Assembly (NCBI GenBank): GCA_010015585.1
Contig: ML975151.1
DNA from: Eremomyces bilateralis CBS 781.70
Lineage: Eukaryota
DNA length: 64,000 bases
Direction: 5' to 3' (one strand)
In this document: positions 1 to 12,821 of the stretch, one piece after another
How the letters are laid out: each line of letters starts with the position of its first letter
Position numbering within the stretch: the first letter of the stretch is position 1
Translations under genes and position numbers: made by a program
Notes under the pieces: generated by a model
The model's database searches: none
Seen by the model: only the letters and a program-made list of their open reading frames with translations
Told to the model about the DNA's origin: nothing

Positions 1-343
1 CGTGATATCGTGTACCTGATATAGCCTACCTGTTGCATCTTGAAAGTGCGAGTTGCGGCAATTCCGGGTACGGCTAAACCTGGATGCAAACTTGAACGTG
101 ATGCTCGTACCTAGAGAGACGACTTTGATCTCTCTTCCATTTCTCTGGCTAATCCTAACGGTATGCACGTTGTGGGTATTCCTCAATATGATAGGTATGT
201 TCATCAGCCGGATATACCTAAAGCCTGGATTAGACTCCGCTATTGCCACCGTCGTTCTCACTGGCATGATTTCCATAATTCCGCCTTTGAACCTGTGGAG
301 CCCTGCCCTTCTACGGAGTGTACGCCGTACACCCCTTTCATGA
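1..343 (+). CDS. Possible 3' end of a membrane-protein gene truncated by the window edge
   Basis: Hydrophobic frame (LISLPFLWLILTVCTLWVFLNMI...SAIATVVLTGMISII) with candidate short GT..AG introns, stop at 341-343; no family recognised. Confidence 0.3.
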
Positions 344-711
344 AAATGTAGTCTAAATGTAGACACTTCGCGTTTAACATGAAAAACGAGTATGGGAATA
401 TACAGGTATTCGATTTGATCCATAGTGTAAGAGATCCTCGTAGACCTAGCCCGTCGTATCAAATCTTCGCTCAACCAAATCATCATAACGGCATATCCAT
501 ATCCAGATTCGCTCATAGTGGACAGATGTAACATAGTAAATCAAAGTCGCCCATTTCCAATAAAATCGCTCACAGACCACTCCTACGCCAGGATCCAGTC
601 GCACCGGACGATCCAAAGTTTTGCCAACCCACCCATTCTGTGCCTAGATACCCAAAGACGCCTGCAAAATGCTAAACGATACAACCAAGACTGCCAAGTA
701 TGAGGCTTGCG

Positions 712-3272
712 TCACGAATCTTGCACCCGATCGCCTCTACCGCCTCCTGGTGCACCTGTCTGGAGTTGTGGCACTCGACTCAGCGTCTCGTATTCACCTT
801 CTTCGTCCACGCTCTGAAGTGTCGAAGGCTGGGGATGTGGTAACCCGACGGTCGATGGTAAAGGGTGTGGAGACGTGAGGTGCATTGGGGATAGAGATCG
901 CTGTTCTTGGTTGTAGGCAGAATTCGGGGGAGAGGGTGAAGACGGCATCGCCGGAGTGCCGTTTAGGATATTCGGGGTATGTCTTGGGTTCGTATTCCCC
1001 GAGGATGGGAGCGGTTCGTGATGTAAAGAGTCCGTAGTTGGTAGAGGCGGCGTGGAAGGATGGATAGGAATAGCAGGGGTTTGAGAACCATGTTCGACTG
1101 CATCAGCTGGTGACGGGCCGTTTGGATTTCCGGATTCCGTGGTAGGGAGGGGTGGTTGAATAGTCTCCGGGCTCCATGCGCGACTCCCTTTTGGCTGTAC
1201 CGGTATAATCATGACCGGAAGGAGCATATTATCTTGTCTTCGGTCTCTGCGGTCTCGTAGCTTCTCGCCCTGCTCGGCAGCAAACGCTCCAAGTCTCCCT
1301 TTTACGTCCCAGACGGAATAGTTGTGACTTGGGACTGCTAGCCGAGGAGCCGGAATCTCTTTGCTCAACTGAATGGGATCAATCACCTGTCCAGTTGCGA
1401 TCTCAGCAGGTGGAAGGTTACGTTTCCGCCTGAACGCTTCTGTAACAATCTGCCACCCACTGCGGTTTTGCGGGCGGTGAGGGGACTGATCGACGCCCTC
1501 TTGCGGCTCAACGTGCGCCTTTTCAAGGTCGCCCTCTTCAGGGTCAGGGAAAGATTGGCTTGTGGAGGGGTGAACCGGTGGTCTTGAGGGGTTTAGTGGG
1601 CGGTGACGATCCAGGGGTGAGATAGTATGGTATCGAACTGCGTAGACTGTGCTTGCAGCGCTCGTCGCGTCTGAGCGACTGACAGGCGATGCAGATGTTT
1701 GAGGCGGCAGCGTCTCTGTTTGGTCAGTTCTAGGAACTCGAGTACGAGCCGGAACGGCGGGGTTGTATGATTCTTTAGGTGGGGTGATTTGGGTCGCATC
1801 TTCTGATGAACTGTTTGCGGGTGGTGAAATGTGCGGCCAGAAAGAAGGTCTCCTAAATCTGTGAGAAAGTTCATTCCACTGGCCAAATCGATTTCTAGAG
1901 GCCCCGGTGGAGGAAGCCATTCTCGAGCCACCGTTCCCTCCATTCTTCTTCTTCGATTCTGCTCGTTCGTATCGATTTTGCGGCCAGTTTATTTCTTCGG
2001 AAGCGGTGACGTCCAACATCTCGTCACCATCGAACACCTCTCGTCCCAGAATCCCGTCTTTTTTGTCTTCCCTTTCTAACGCTTCAATGCGTTCAACCCA
2101 TTCCCAAACGATGACACTAGCGGCTGCTGCGCCAACCCAACGGAAATAATCGCCCCATCCGGCCACCGTGGCGTCCGAGATATCCGTGATGAAGAACACG
2201 ACTGGAGTAAGGATCGCAACAATTGAGAGGAGGGCGACAACGGAGATATTCCACATCATGGAATGATAGAAGGCGTATCTCCGCTTCGTGATCGAATAGT
2301 AGATGACCCATGCTGCGTAGAGCATGCTAAGGGCCAGCTGGAAAAGATAAGTTAAGGCGGGAATGGCATCCACGAAGCGACGAGGCCGTCCAACAGGGTT
2401 GCCCATAAAGGTATTGAGACAAGAAAAGGTACCGTCCAAAAGAATGAGCGCAAACCCAATCCACTTGATCAAAACCTTCTCTTTATGGCGAGGAAAGAGT
2501 CGGATGAGCGTTTGGACCTGTGCAAGCCAGAGGAAGATATCCGACACAACTCGGGATACCTTAATTTCGGTGCTATCCACCACCTGGTCCCGCAGCGCCG
2601 CCGCGTCCATAAACCCCGTGTCGTATTGCCGGCTGGCAACTTTGAACGTATCCGCGGTGGCGATCGACAGCGACACGGCAACCGTTAGCGCCGCAACCTT
2701 TTGAAGCCAAGGTCTAGAGCCAACACCGATGACGGATGCGCCACCGGTTGCACCACTGATCATGCCACGCCGTCCCAACAACCCGGTAAATGGAGTTGCC
2801 CCATTGGCAAAAAAGGTCCGTGGAGTGATGAGAAGCATCACCACGAGCATCCAGGCAATGACCGTCGCGGCAGCAGTCGCGTATGTCTGGGGGATGACCG
2901 AAGCATGAAACGGCTCGCGAGCGTTCGATATCCCTGACACGGCAACGCTATTAGGATCTACGATGGGCGACGAGGTGCAATCTGGAGTAAATAGCACACC
3001 CGCAGGTATTGTGATTGTCGAGGTCGGATTCAAGACAATCAGACCGTCGACTAGAATTGGGATAGGGGTGCAGCTCTGCATAGAAAGGCGCCGATTAGCG
3101 GATGGCATGCCATAATGTCGCGACTAGGAGCGGCGAATTGGCTTCCTTGGTGCCGACACTGGGCAGGGGCGGTTTCACTCACTATATCGTTCGACCCGTC
3201 CGACATCGTGGCCGTCTCGGAGGAAAGCATTTGGCGTGGCTCGACATGGTTGCGCTCGATCCACGGGCGCAT
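712..3272 (-). CDS. palH: PalH/RIM21 7-TM ambient pH sensor
   Basis: Motifs REPFHAS, GSRPWLQKVAAL, WLAQVQTLIRLFPRHKEK, VWEWVERIEALER, long disordered C-tail. Exon 1 from ATG 3272 (MRPWIERNHVEPRQM...DI); phase-0 intron 3182-3076 (GTGAGT..CTAAT..CAG). Confidence 0.93.
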
Positions 3273-3538
3273 GGCGAAGTGGCCGGTCGAGGTTCGACAA
3301 GGCCGATGGTCAGCAGCGAAGTGGAATGAGTAGCATGGTGAAGCGGAGGGCAAGCGTAGAATATAGAATATCCTGGTGCTTGTCGTATATAGTAGAGGAC
3401 TTGGACGGAAGTTCTTATTGTACGCAACACTCCAACATGAACAGTAGCGATAGTGGTGCAGAACTTAGTAGTGGCGAAGTGAACGGATGGGGACTGGAGT
3501 CTAGTATTGTGGAGTGGCGGGCGGAGAGGAGACAAGAC

Positions 3539-3560
3539 GCCAAGATGTGAAGGTGCCAAG
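3539..3560 (+). promoter_or_regulatory. Two adjacent PacC/Rim101 consensus sites (GCCAAG)
   Basis: GCCAAG at 3539-3544 and 3555-3560, about 270-290 nt upstream of the palH ATG; consensus GCCARG. Confidence 0.3.
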
Positions 3561-5933
3561 ACGCGAGAGAAGCTTCAAACTCATCCAAGGCACCAAGGCT
3601 CTAAGGCTCCATCGTCCCCACCAGGCCTAGCATATCAATGTCCAGTTCGCAGCGCTGTTGTGCTCTATTGATCGTCCTTCTCCCTTTTCTCATATCATGA
3701 TCAGTCATGTTGATATCGTATTACGAATATTTTGTAATCATTATGTTTCGTATACCATTACCCTTTCCGTTTTGATGCATATCGGTAGAGTATATTGTCG
3801 CAGCTCTAGTCCGTAGTAACTTCAGTTTCTCCTGGCTTCAAGTTCTGGTTCTATATTTGCATGTCACTCAAAGGGGGTCGATCCATCCGAAGTTAGAGAC
3901 ACGGTAGGATAGCTGGTCCAACTCAACGTGAAGCCTTGCAATGCCATCGGGAGCAACCCTTCTTTGCTTGACTCTTCCAAAGCAGAGAAAGAGCCTGGAA
4001 TGGATTGGAATGGAGGCTCTGGGCAGGAATCATTGCAGAAATTTCAGGACAGCACAACCAACCTGATTTGCATCGCGTGAATACATTCTCCTGAATCCCT
4101 GACTTTGACAGGCCATCGCGTTTGGATGACTTGTCAAGGTGGAGGGTGGCGCAACAGGTATAATGATTGCAGGAGGTCTGCGTGTTTAAGTTAAGTCTTA
4201 CCTTCTGATGCAGAGTAAGTTAGCTTCTCCTTCCATAAGAGGTCGCTAGGATATTACTGTGTGTCCCTTAAGATGCACTTAAATCTGCGGTTGATATCAG
4301 ATTGCGTGTTTCATCACTACAATAGGTAGGTATGTATTGGTGTATATGGTCCGCCGGACAACGTCCTGACAATATTTACCTCTACCAGCCCCGAACGATT
4401 CACAAAGTCTATCCCACACCACGTCCATAGCATCATGTTGCTCGATATCCTAGTCATGACTCTTATATGATCTTCGGAAACCCGATGGCGCGAGCTATCA
4501 TATCGATCGCGCGAAATAGAAACCGTTCCTGGTGCGCAAACTTCCCGGAAATGCTCTTGAGCCAGGTGTGAGATATTGATTGCCTACGAGGGGCAACCCA
4601 GACAACGCAATCTATCCACATTGCTCTTGGTCATTTCCACACAGCAGAAGTTACTGATGGGAAATTTCAAGCGAAGCATCCCGACACCCGGCCTAGGTAA
4701 TTCGGAGAATGGCAATGGCGAGATGGGTCGCGGAAAACCCGACCTACGCCACCTCCACAGGACGGGTTGCATCCTCGGAGCAATGCTATTTCAACTCGTA
4801 GGTTCGGCAGTATGGTGATTGGCGGACGATCTTGGCTCGACGGCGTTAAGGACTGAGGACCTCTCACTCCCTGTTTCCTCCCCATTGATATTGGCTGGAT
4901 GCTCATCAAAATTTCATATCTTTCAGTTTCTATTCCTGGAGTCAACTTCAATGACACAAACCTGGTTTCGATATCATACGGCACACGCCGCTGTTCGAAT
5001 GATTCGACGGAATTGCGCCATTACTATCGCGTCTAATTCCCAAGACCGTTCGGCCTTCATGTCCGGTATTTAGGGAAAGGCACTATGGAAGCACACCTGG
5101 CGCACTCAATACTTTTACTAGTTCTTTTCTTATCAGATATCGCGAGTTCTCCCATCGTAAAGCCAAGGCTTCCCTATATCCTACAGATGTACCTGCTCTT
5201 TGGTTCTGGCTGATGTCGTCTGCTATGTTAGTCCAAGCGTAGGGTTCGGACCGCCAGTTCAAGATGCACCATTTCCCTACTGCACGCGTATCTCATCTGT
5301 TCCTGGTGCAAATCCAACCTTGTCATCTGAGCTGGAGCCTTGCATGCCACAGACCAGTGGAATGACAGCCAGGGATCTGACCAAGCCATCCATTCCCCCC
5401 CGGGGGAGTACCCAACCAGACCGAACTTACTTTATCCGCATATAAAGTCAATTAATATTTACATATTAGACAAGAGTATCCGAATAGTCCGTCACAACAT
5501 TTCATTTGCTCCGGTCTATGAACTCCCCATAGTGCAATCTCTTATTCCGGTTTTCGCCCTCGGTATTCCTTGTCCAGCGTGTCATTTTCCTTCGCATCTC
5601 CAACCCTTTGACGTCGTGACAGCGTAATTACCGGGTTCAACAGTCGTGCTGACAGGTGATTCCAGGGCCAGAACATGCCGAACTGGCATCCAGATTGCAG
5701 GTGTGGTATTTACGGCAACAACATGAGGTCAGTGCATTCGGTCTATCAGAAGGCATCAACTGACCCGTCCTTCGCCACATGAGTTGGACAAGGGGTAGTC
5801 AGAATACTGTATATATGAATGGCGTGTCGCCGGTCTTTTTCTTATGGTAAGTCTTCACCTCACTTCGCCAAATTCAGACTTCCCTCTCATTGTCACTCCT
5901 TTTGGTCAACCAACCCTGACAAACTCAGCAGTC

Positions 5934-6686
5934 ATGGGTATCCAATCTAACATCCTGCTTTCTGCAGGCCTCATCGCATCTCATGTCCTCGCGGCTCCCC
6001 TGCCTGGTGCTGACCCTCAAGATATCAGCACTAGCGTCCCGGGCGGCGGTGTCGCCTCGCTGGGCAACTTCGGCTCGTCGGTAGCATTTGAGCCGGGCAC
6101 GGAGCCCGAGCCGCTCCCCTATTGCGAACCATGGTGGTGGTATTTCGTCTATCCCGACTACGATCCGGATGCGGAAGAGAACGGCTCGGTGTACGTCTCC
6201 GCCGGCAGCGGAACCACCAGCTCCGTCACAATCGATAGGCGTCAGACATCCTCCATTGGCAACGTCGGCAGCAGCGTGAGCTTCGAGCCAGGTGCTACGG
6301 CGGAAGAGCCAGAAGAGGCCCCGGAGTGCCAGCATCGCCCTCGCCCGAACCCGGATGGCAAGCACAAGCGTGGCGACGATCCCGGTGCGATATCCGCCAT
6401 CGGTAATGTCGGTTCGACCGTCACATTTGAACCGGGTGTGGAAGCAGAGCCATCGTGGCCTGGGCGTCCGGGGAAGGGGAAGGGAAAAGGAAAGGGCAAG
6501 GGCAAGGGCGGTGATTGGGATGACGGGCATCATGGAGGTGACGGACACCATGGAGGCGACGGACACCATGGAGGCGACGGACACCATGGTGACTGGAACG
6601 ACGGAGACTGGAATCATGACGATAAGCCTGAACCTGGCACCATTTCCGTCAGTGTGAGCGGCGACGATTGGATCCACTCATCCTAA
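5934..6686 (+). CDS. Secreted 250-aa repeat protein with Kex2 sites and a His/Gly/Asp-rich tail (KEP-like)
   Basis: Signal peptide MGIQSNILLSAGLIASHVLA, three GN[FV]GS[ST]V.FEPG repeats separated by RR and KR, (GK)n and (DGHHGG)n tracts; TATA-like TATATAT near 5810. Confidence 0.8.
   Translation: MGIQSNILLSAGLIASHVLAAPLPGADPQDISTSVPGGGVASLGNFGSSVAFEPGTEPEPLPYCEPWWWYFVYPDYDPDAEENGSVYVSAGSGTTSSVTIDRRQTSSIGNVGSSVSFEPGATAEEPEEAPECQHRPRPNPDGKHKRGDDPGAISAIGNVGSTVTFEPGVEAEPSWPGRPGKGKGKGKGKGKGGDWDDGHHGGDGHHGGDGHHGGDGHHGDWNDGDWNHDDKPEPGTISVSVSGDDWIHSS
6471..6590 (+). repeat. Coding tandem repeats: (GK)6 and 18-bp DGHHGG units x4
   Basis: gggaag/ggcaag units followed by gacggacaccatggaggc units. Confidence 0.9.
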
Positions 6687-7347
6687 GTCATGGAAGCATA
6701 TATCTGTGTGTATGTTCGACAGCCGTATCTGATGCATTCGGTCCATTGATCATGCTGTACCATCTTTTACTGTACATATTGATTATATTGATTTATAATG
6801 TGGTTGGTGGCCCTTTGAGAACTCCGAAAGCTTGATGCAACGTATGAGAGCGAATGGTATGTAGAATGGCTTGAAGCATGAAACATAAAAAGTAAAAGGC
6901 TACAAGCTTTGGAAAGGTAATAGCACAGACCATTCTTGCTTGGAAGGTCTGTAGTTAGCATATTATTGCTTTAGATCAGATTCTGCACCAATACTTAAGG
7001 AACAATAAACATTTCCGACATCAATAGCTATTGAGCTGAAGATGGATGAGGGAATCAAACCTTAAGGACGTCGCCGAGGAAGCCATTATCCTCAGATCTT
7101 GCGGTACGGAATACCAACAATGCATTTCAGACAATCCTGGTACATACGCCCTACAAACGACGGAAAGCTACCCACCGGGAATGAATCCTTCGGTTCCGAG
7201 TGCCAGTGATTAATACTGAAGTACGGTACCCAGGGCGGGAATTCCATATAGTACTGCTATTTATACTTGCTTGACCCAGATCGGCCTTGACGATGCTTCC
7301 ATCCTTGGTGGACCGTCGTCGAGATTTGGCTACACCATCTTCAATGG

Positions 7348-8798
7348 ATGGACTCCTTGATCCTGTCCCGTGAGCTGGGAAGCATTGACCCGTCGTTGCT
7401 TCGCCGCTATTTCACAAACCGGCAGATCTATGCCTTGCAACGCTCCCTTACCACCTTTGACGACGGTCACGGAGTTCCTGTTCTTGCGGAGCTGCCAAAG
7501 CTTCCTTCTAGTGGAGTGAATGCTCTGGCCGTGGATGGAGGAGAAGGGCGGTTGTACGTTGCATGTCTCAACCTCCTTGTGCATGACGCTTACATGATTA
7601 TCGACAAAGGCTCCTATCAGGCTCTGCAGATGGCAGCGTGAGGATATGGGATCTCGCGCAGACCTCACCTTCTGATCTCGCTCCCCGCCTCCATCCAACT
7701 GCGACTCTTCGAGGCACCCCTCAGGTCAAAGTTCACTCCCGAGTACCGAATCCGTCGAAAGCGATAGCTCATACGGCCGGTATCACATATATATCGTTCT
7801 ATCCGTTTGACCCGAATGCACTGCTGTCCGCAGGTTACGACCATCGGCTGCTCCTCTGTTCAACCGATCCCTTGTCGCCGGTCGTATCGTTCTCTCTGTC
7901 GGCGCCTATTCACACTGCGGCTCTGTCGCCCATAGCCTCCCATCTTCTATGCGCTGCGGGAACGGCTGACCCATATGTGCGATTGGTGGATCTGAAGAGT
8001 GGCTCCAGCAGTCACAGCCTTTCCGGGCACCACGGCGCGGTACTTGCTGTGGCATGGAGCCCCATAAGAGAATGGGTCCTCGCATCTGGGGGCGTTGATG
8101 GAACCGTCCGACTCTGGGATATCCGGAGAAGCTCGTCTTGCGTCGGCCTGCTTGATGCGGGGGACACTCGGGGTATAATTGGCCGTGACACGACAGCGAA
8201 ATTCGGCGGCGGTGCGCACGATGGAGCAGTCAACGGTCTAGCGTGGACGGAGGATGGGAAAATGCTTGTTTCAGCGGGTCATGATTCGGAACTGCGCGTG
8301 TGGGATGGGATGACGGGTGCTGACCAACTCATCACCTTTGGTCACGCAATTCAAAACTCGCACGTTGGAAACGTCACTCCTATCCATGTACCTCGTGCTG
8401 TCACAGCGCCCGGAAAGAGGATCGTCTTATGGCCGAATGAGAGGGAATTGCTCATGGTCGAGATAACCGACGGGACGGTTATAAAGCGTTTGGCGGTTCC
8501 AGGCCACTTGATCGCTGCTGCGAGTGGTCGCTCTCAGCGACGTGCGCCGGGACCGTTGAAAACTCGAATCACTGCCGCATCATATCGAGGAGGGGGGGCC
8601 GTAGAGGTCTATTCTGGTTATTCGGACGGCTCGATCGTGGCCTGGAAACCGAGAACGACCGAAGAATCCCTAGTGGAGGATTTGGGGGAAGTGGTTGGGG
8701 AGTTTACAGGGCGTGACAGGGACGGCAAAAGAAAGGCTGATATTCTCGATGATGTGCTGCAGGACATATCACTTAAACGTCCACCCAATCCTTTCTGA
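7348..8798 (+). CDS. WD40 protein, Cockayne syndrome A / ERCC8 / Rad28-like
   Basis: GVNALAVD..EGRLLLSGSADGSVRIWDL after one intron; VRLVDLKSGSSSHSLSGHHGAVLAVAWSP, LASGGVDGTVRLWDIRRS, AHDGAVNGLAW. Confidence 0.88.
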
Positions 8799-9265
8799 TA
8801 TTGAGTATATTAGGAGAATGGCACTTAGATATGAGATCTGGTACGGGTTTGAAGTATTCCTAGAGCCTGAATCAGGTCGGACTCTTTCAATGAGACATCG
8901 GATTCATTCTAGTATTCAGGACATGGTATGCTCCGTATTTTACTGTTCAGCCCTACATTTATCGAAAATTCAAGAATCAAGACGTATGCAGATTGCAGCA
9001 TCGTGTACTCCATCTCTTCTCCGCAATTACCGGGAGCAGCCTTGTTCGACCCTGTGGTCGATCGCACTAACCCCGACCTCATAACCTTGGCTTTAAATCC
9101 TAAGTTAATACCCCATTCTTTCATGCATATACGTATGATCTACAATTCTATATGTAACCAGTACTCTACCTACATTCGTCTCACTGCTTGCCCTCCCGGC
9201 TCCCTGAAGTTGGCCACATCGTTATGCTCTCCCGACAATGAAGCGCCGACAGTGCTCTCGCAAAC

Positions 9266-10682
9266 ATGCGCCTCCTCGATCTATTGTGTCTTCTTCCTCT
9301 CCTTAGCATCCTAAACTATGTTTCAGCGCGTGCGGACGGCGGAATCGTAAAGCCTGGCGATCACCCAACCAACAGTCCGATATCCATTTCGCTCTTCTCC
9401 GAACTGGAGGAGCTGGCACGTCTAGTCGACATCGCATACTGCGTCGGATCGTTAGGTCTGGGCGTTCAAAAACCCTTCCGGTGCGTCAGTCGATGCCATG
9501 ACTTTCCGCATATGTCACTCGTTGCGGTATGGGCCCCGGAGGCATTGTACTTTGTAGGATCAACGAACTAACGGGCCTCAGACATGGCATACTGGACCCT
9601 TTCTCTCCGACTCGTGCGGGTATATCGCAGTGGAGAAGAACCCGTCCGGTCCTCCCCGCGTTATTGTAGCCTTCCGCGGCACCTACTCCATCGCGAACAC
9701 GATCGCGGACCTATCCACGATCCCTCAAGCATACGTCCCATATCCCTCTGACCCCACTTCGCCGACAAGTTCTATTGCTACAGCGGCCGTTCAGGCTCGC
9801 TCTACCCACCATATCGGATCAGACTTGCCTTTTAAGAACGGTGAGGATGTTTCAACATCCGTTCCGTGTCCCAATTGTACGGTCCACTCCGGGTTTTTAG
9901 GGACATGGCTCAACGCACGACGTTCCATCCTTCCAGAACTGCTTCCGGTCCTCCAGGCCAACTATAATGCGACGCTTCACATTGTCGGGCACTCGCTCGG
10001 CGGGGCGGTTGCCTGTCTGGCAAGCCTCGAACTGCTGGGAAGAGGATGGGACCCCGTTGTGACTACATTTGGCGAGCCGATGGTTGGGAATCGAGCGTTC
10101 GCACAATACGTCGAGGACCGCTTTGACGTGGGTTCTGATACTTCAGGCGACGAGAAGTTCGGGGTTCAACGGTATCGACGCGTCACGCATATCAATGACC
10201 CCGTTCCTTTTCTGCCCCTCGAGGAATGGGGATATGCACCGCATAGTGGTGAAATCTACATCACGGCACCTCAACTCCCTCCAGCGCTGGACGATATAAT
10301 CTACTGTTATGGTCCTGCCGACGCGAACTGCAGCCGCAGCGCAGTAGATTCCGAAGCCGCGCTGTCCAGTGTCGACCTCCTGGCCGACGATATGGATGGC
10401 ACCAATCTACTCGTGCAAACATCTGGTGACGGGACGAAATCGGAGCTGGAGGCCCAGTGGTGGCTTCGAAAAACACTTGGTCGATGGGCTGGTGGAATCA
10501 AGAATCCAATCCCGGGGAGATTGCAGCTTTGGCAGCTATTTTTTGCCCACCGTGATTATTTCTGGCGATTAGGGCTGTGCGTTCTAGGAGGCGATCCTTG
10601 GGACTGGGGTGGTTATCCTTATCCCGGGAAGGATGCGGGGGATAAAATTGTTAGGAATGAAAAGATCAACTTGGATCTGTAG
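9266..10682 (+). CDS. Secreted class-3 (Lipase_3) triacylglycerol lipase
   Basis: Signal peptide, IVAFRGTYS, VHSGF, GHSLGG nucleophile elbow, RVTHINDPVP, HRDYF; one intron near 9527-9580. Confidence 0.92.
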
Positions 10683-10874
10683 CAACCTTCAAGCCAGGAC
10701 TCGAGGCGGATGAACACGGTGGGAATTGGCGATGTGGTCGTTTGATCATTAAGATGAGTTGTGCTGCTGCAATTACATCGCCTAGATCGTAGAAATATGA
10801 ATTATGTCATTTCCCTTTGGATGAACGAATATCAGTCTTAATTATGTCCACGCTTGATGGCCACGTCCCTAGCA

Positions 10875-12821
10875 TTACCAAAGATTCAACATCTTCAAAA
10901 TATCATATCGCGCAAAAAAGCTTCGGTTTTTCTTTCCGAAGATGTCTTCCGGGGATATTAGCAGAGTTCGAGGGCAAGAGGGGTTGTTGGAGAACCTACA
11001 CAGGAGGATTGTTGTAGCACACACCGCGACTTGAACGCTTCCCAGTATCACGAATATGTGCTTGATACCGGATTCTACCAGCCATTGGTAGCCCCTGAAG
11101 GTGAGACCAAAACTGAACACATTCTTGAACACCATCATGCACGTGAAGCCCTCAATCGAGATGTTGCCTGCCTTGATTAGTACCGTTGCACACAGGTGAA
11201 GGGGCGGGGGCGAATGGGTATAAGACTTACGATGGGCGTCGACAATGTACAAAGCGCTCGCGACAGCGCCGATCACCATGCCAGCCACTTCCAAACCGAA
11301 GAAGAAGTCCGGCAAGACCCAACCATATTTCCATGTATTGTTGGCCGTAACCCCGAAACCATAGAGACCAGCGCACCCCAGGATCAACTGCGGAATAACG
11401 AGCACGAGTCGGAATTCTGGCTCATAGACGCCTTTGTTCTTCTTGGTCATCCACGCTGGAACCAGATCGCCGACGATTCCGGCGATCAGGAATCCGAAGA
11501 AGGCACCGATAAACGCGCCCGTGTACATATACCCGGTTTTGACCTCGTCGAAGAACAACGGGGGACCCAGCATGATGGCCGCAAGCACGATTCCAAGAAA
11601 CACGGTCCATCCGATCAGCGTCCCTTGAATGAGACACGCCCAGATAATGCTCGGGTGGAAAAAGAGCGGCAAGGGTCGCAGCAAAAGTTTGAAAAGGTTT
11701 TCGTCGGTCTTTCGCCCGTTAAATGGCATCATGCGTTTCACAAAGGAGTCTCGTTGGCCGTGTAGTGTGGATTCGGCCGCAGGGACTGGGGCGGCGGAAG
11801 ACTCATTGGAAGGCTTCTCCATGCTGTCATGTACCGAATCTTGCGGGTTTGTGTTAGAGTCCCCGATCACTATATCGGCGTCATTCACCAGGGCCTGTCC
11901 CATGAGTGTGACCTGCGTGTCCGTGTTCAGTTTCGCGTCCCGGCGGAATGCCGTTTCCGGGATGAAGAGTATTAGGATGGGAAGCATGACCCCTGAAAAG
12001 ATGGCCACAAAGTAAAAACACCACGGCCATCCCATGTCCTTGGCCATTCGGCCGACAATGACTGGCGTAAAAAAGGCACCCCCGAAAAGCGCCAGATTGG
12101 ACAGCGCCATCCGTTTTGCGCGCTGGTGAACAAAATAGAGATCGCCGACGGATGCATTGACCAGAGCCTCGAACGGAGCAAGTCCGACACCTTGGAAGAC
12201 CCGAGCCCAGGTCAGGGAGACGAAGTTGTCGGTCCCGGCTGCTCCACCCCAGGCGCTACTAAAGATGATAAACACGCAGCCGATCAAGTAGCAGTGCCGC
12301 TTTCCCCACACTCGAGCGGATGGCACGAACAGGAAACCTGCGACGCCGACTCCTAGAAGATGCCATCCTGTCAACAGCGCCACATCGTTGAATGTCCGAC
12401 CGGAAAGTAGGGAGAGTTTGAGGGTGATCGCGGCCAACACCGGCGACAGAGTACTGGCAATAACCGAAAGCAGAGAGAGGAGGAACAGGATCAGATCGCG
12501 CTGCCACAACGGCCAATTCTTTGTCGGATTCGTTAGCCCGATACATGCGACGGGTCGGTTTTCGCGATGGACATACCAGCGGATCATTGGGATCGTCAGA
12601 TGGCTGCGGCACCAAAATGATGGGGGTTTTGCCGGAGCGGTCGTATTTCAGGTTCGGATCGGCGGGAATCATGCGACTTCGATCCTCGTCGTCGAGCACA
12701 AAGGCGGTACCTAAAGAAGGAGAATTGAGTTAGGAAGCTAACATCGGAGATACTGGAGGTTTCCACATCACATACCAGGAACATGGTCCAACTTCGTGTC
12801 GTCGAGAATCCATAAGCCCAT
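10875..12821 (-). CDS. MFS transporter (HOL1/DHA1-like)
   Basis: Starts MGLWILDDTKLDHVPGT; PQPSDDPNDPLNWP, WGKR, PET, YEPEFRL motifs, many TM helices; 4 introns. Confidence 0.92.

Noticed and set aside
4576..5627. Short ORFs in the palH upstream intergenic region
   Set aside because: No motifs or coherent exon structure
5844..5933. Upstream ATG / GTAAGT as an N-terminal extension or intron of the secreted repeat gene
   Set aside because: Very close to the TATA-like box; splicing from this ATG goes out of frame; the signal peptide starts at 5934
5925..6677. 250-aa antisense ORF
   Set aside because: Shadow of the GC-rich repetitive sense gene
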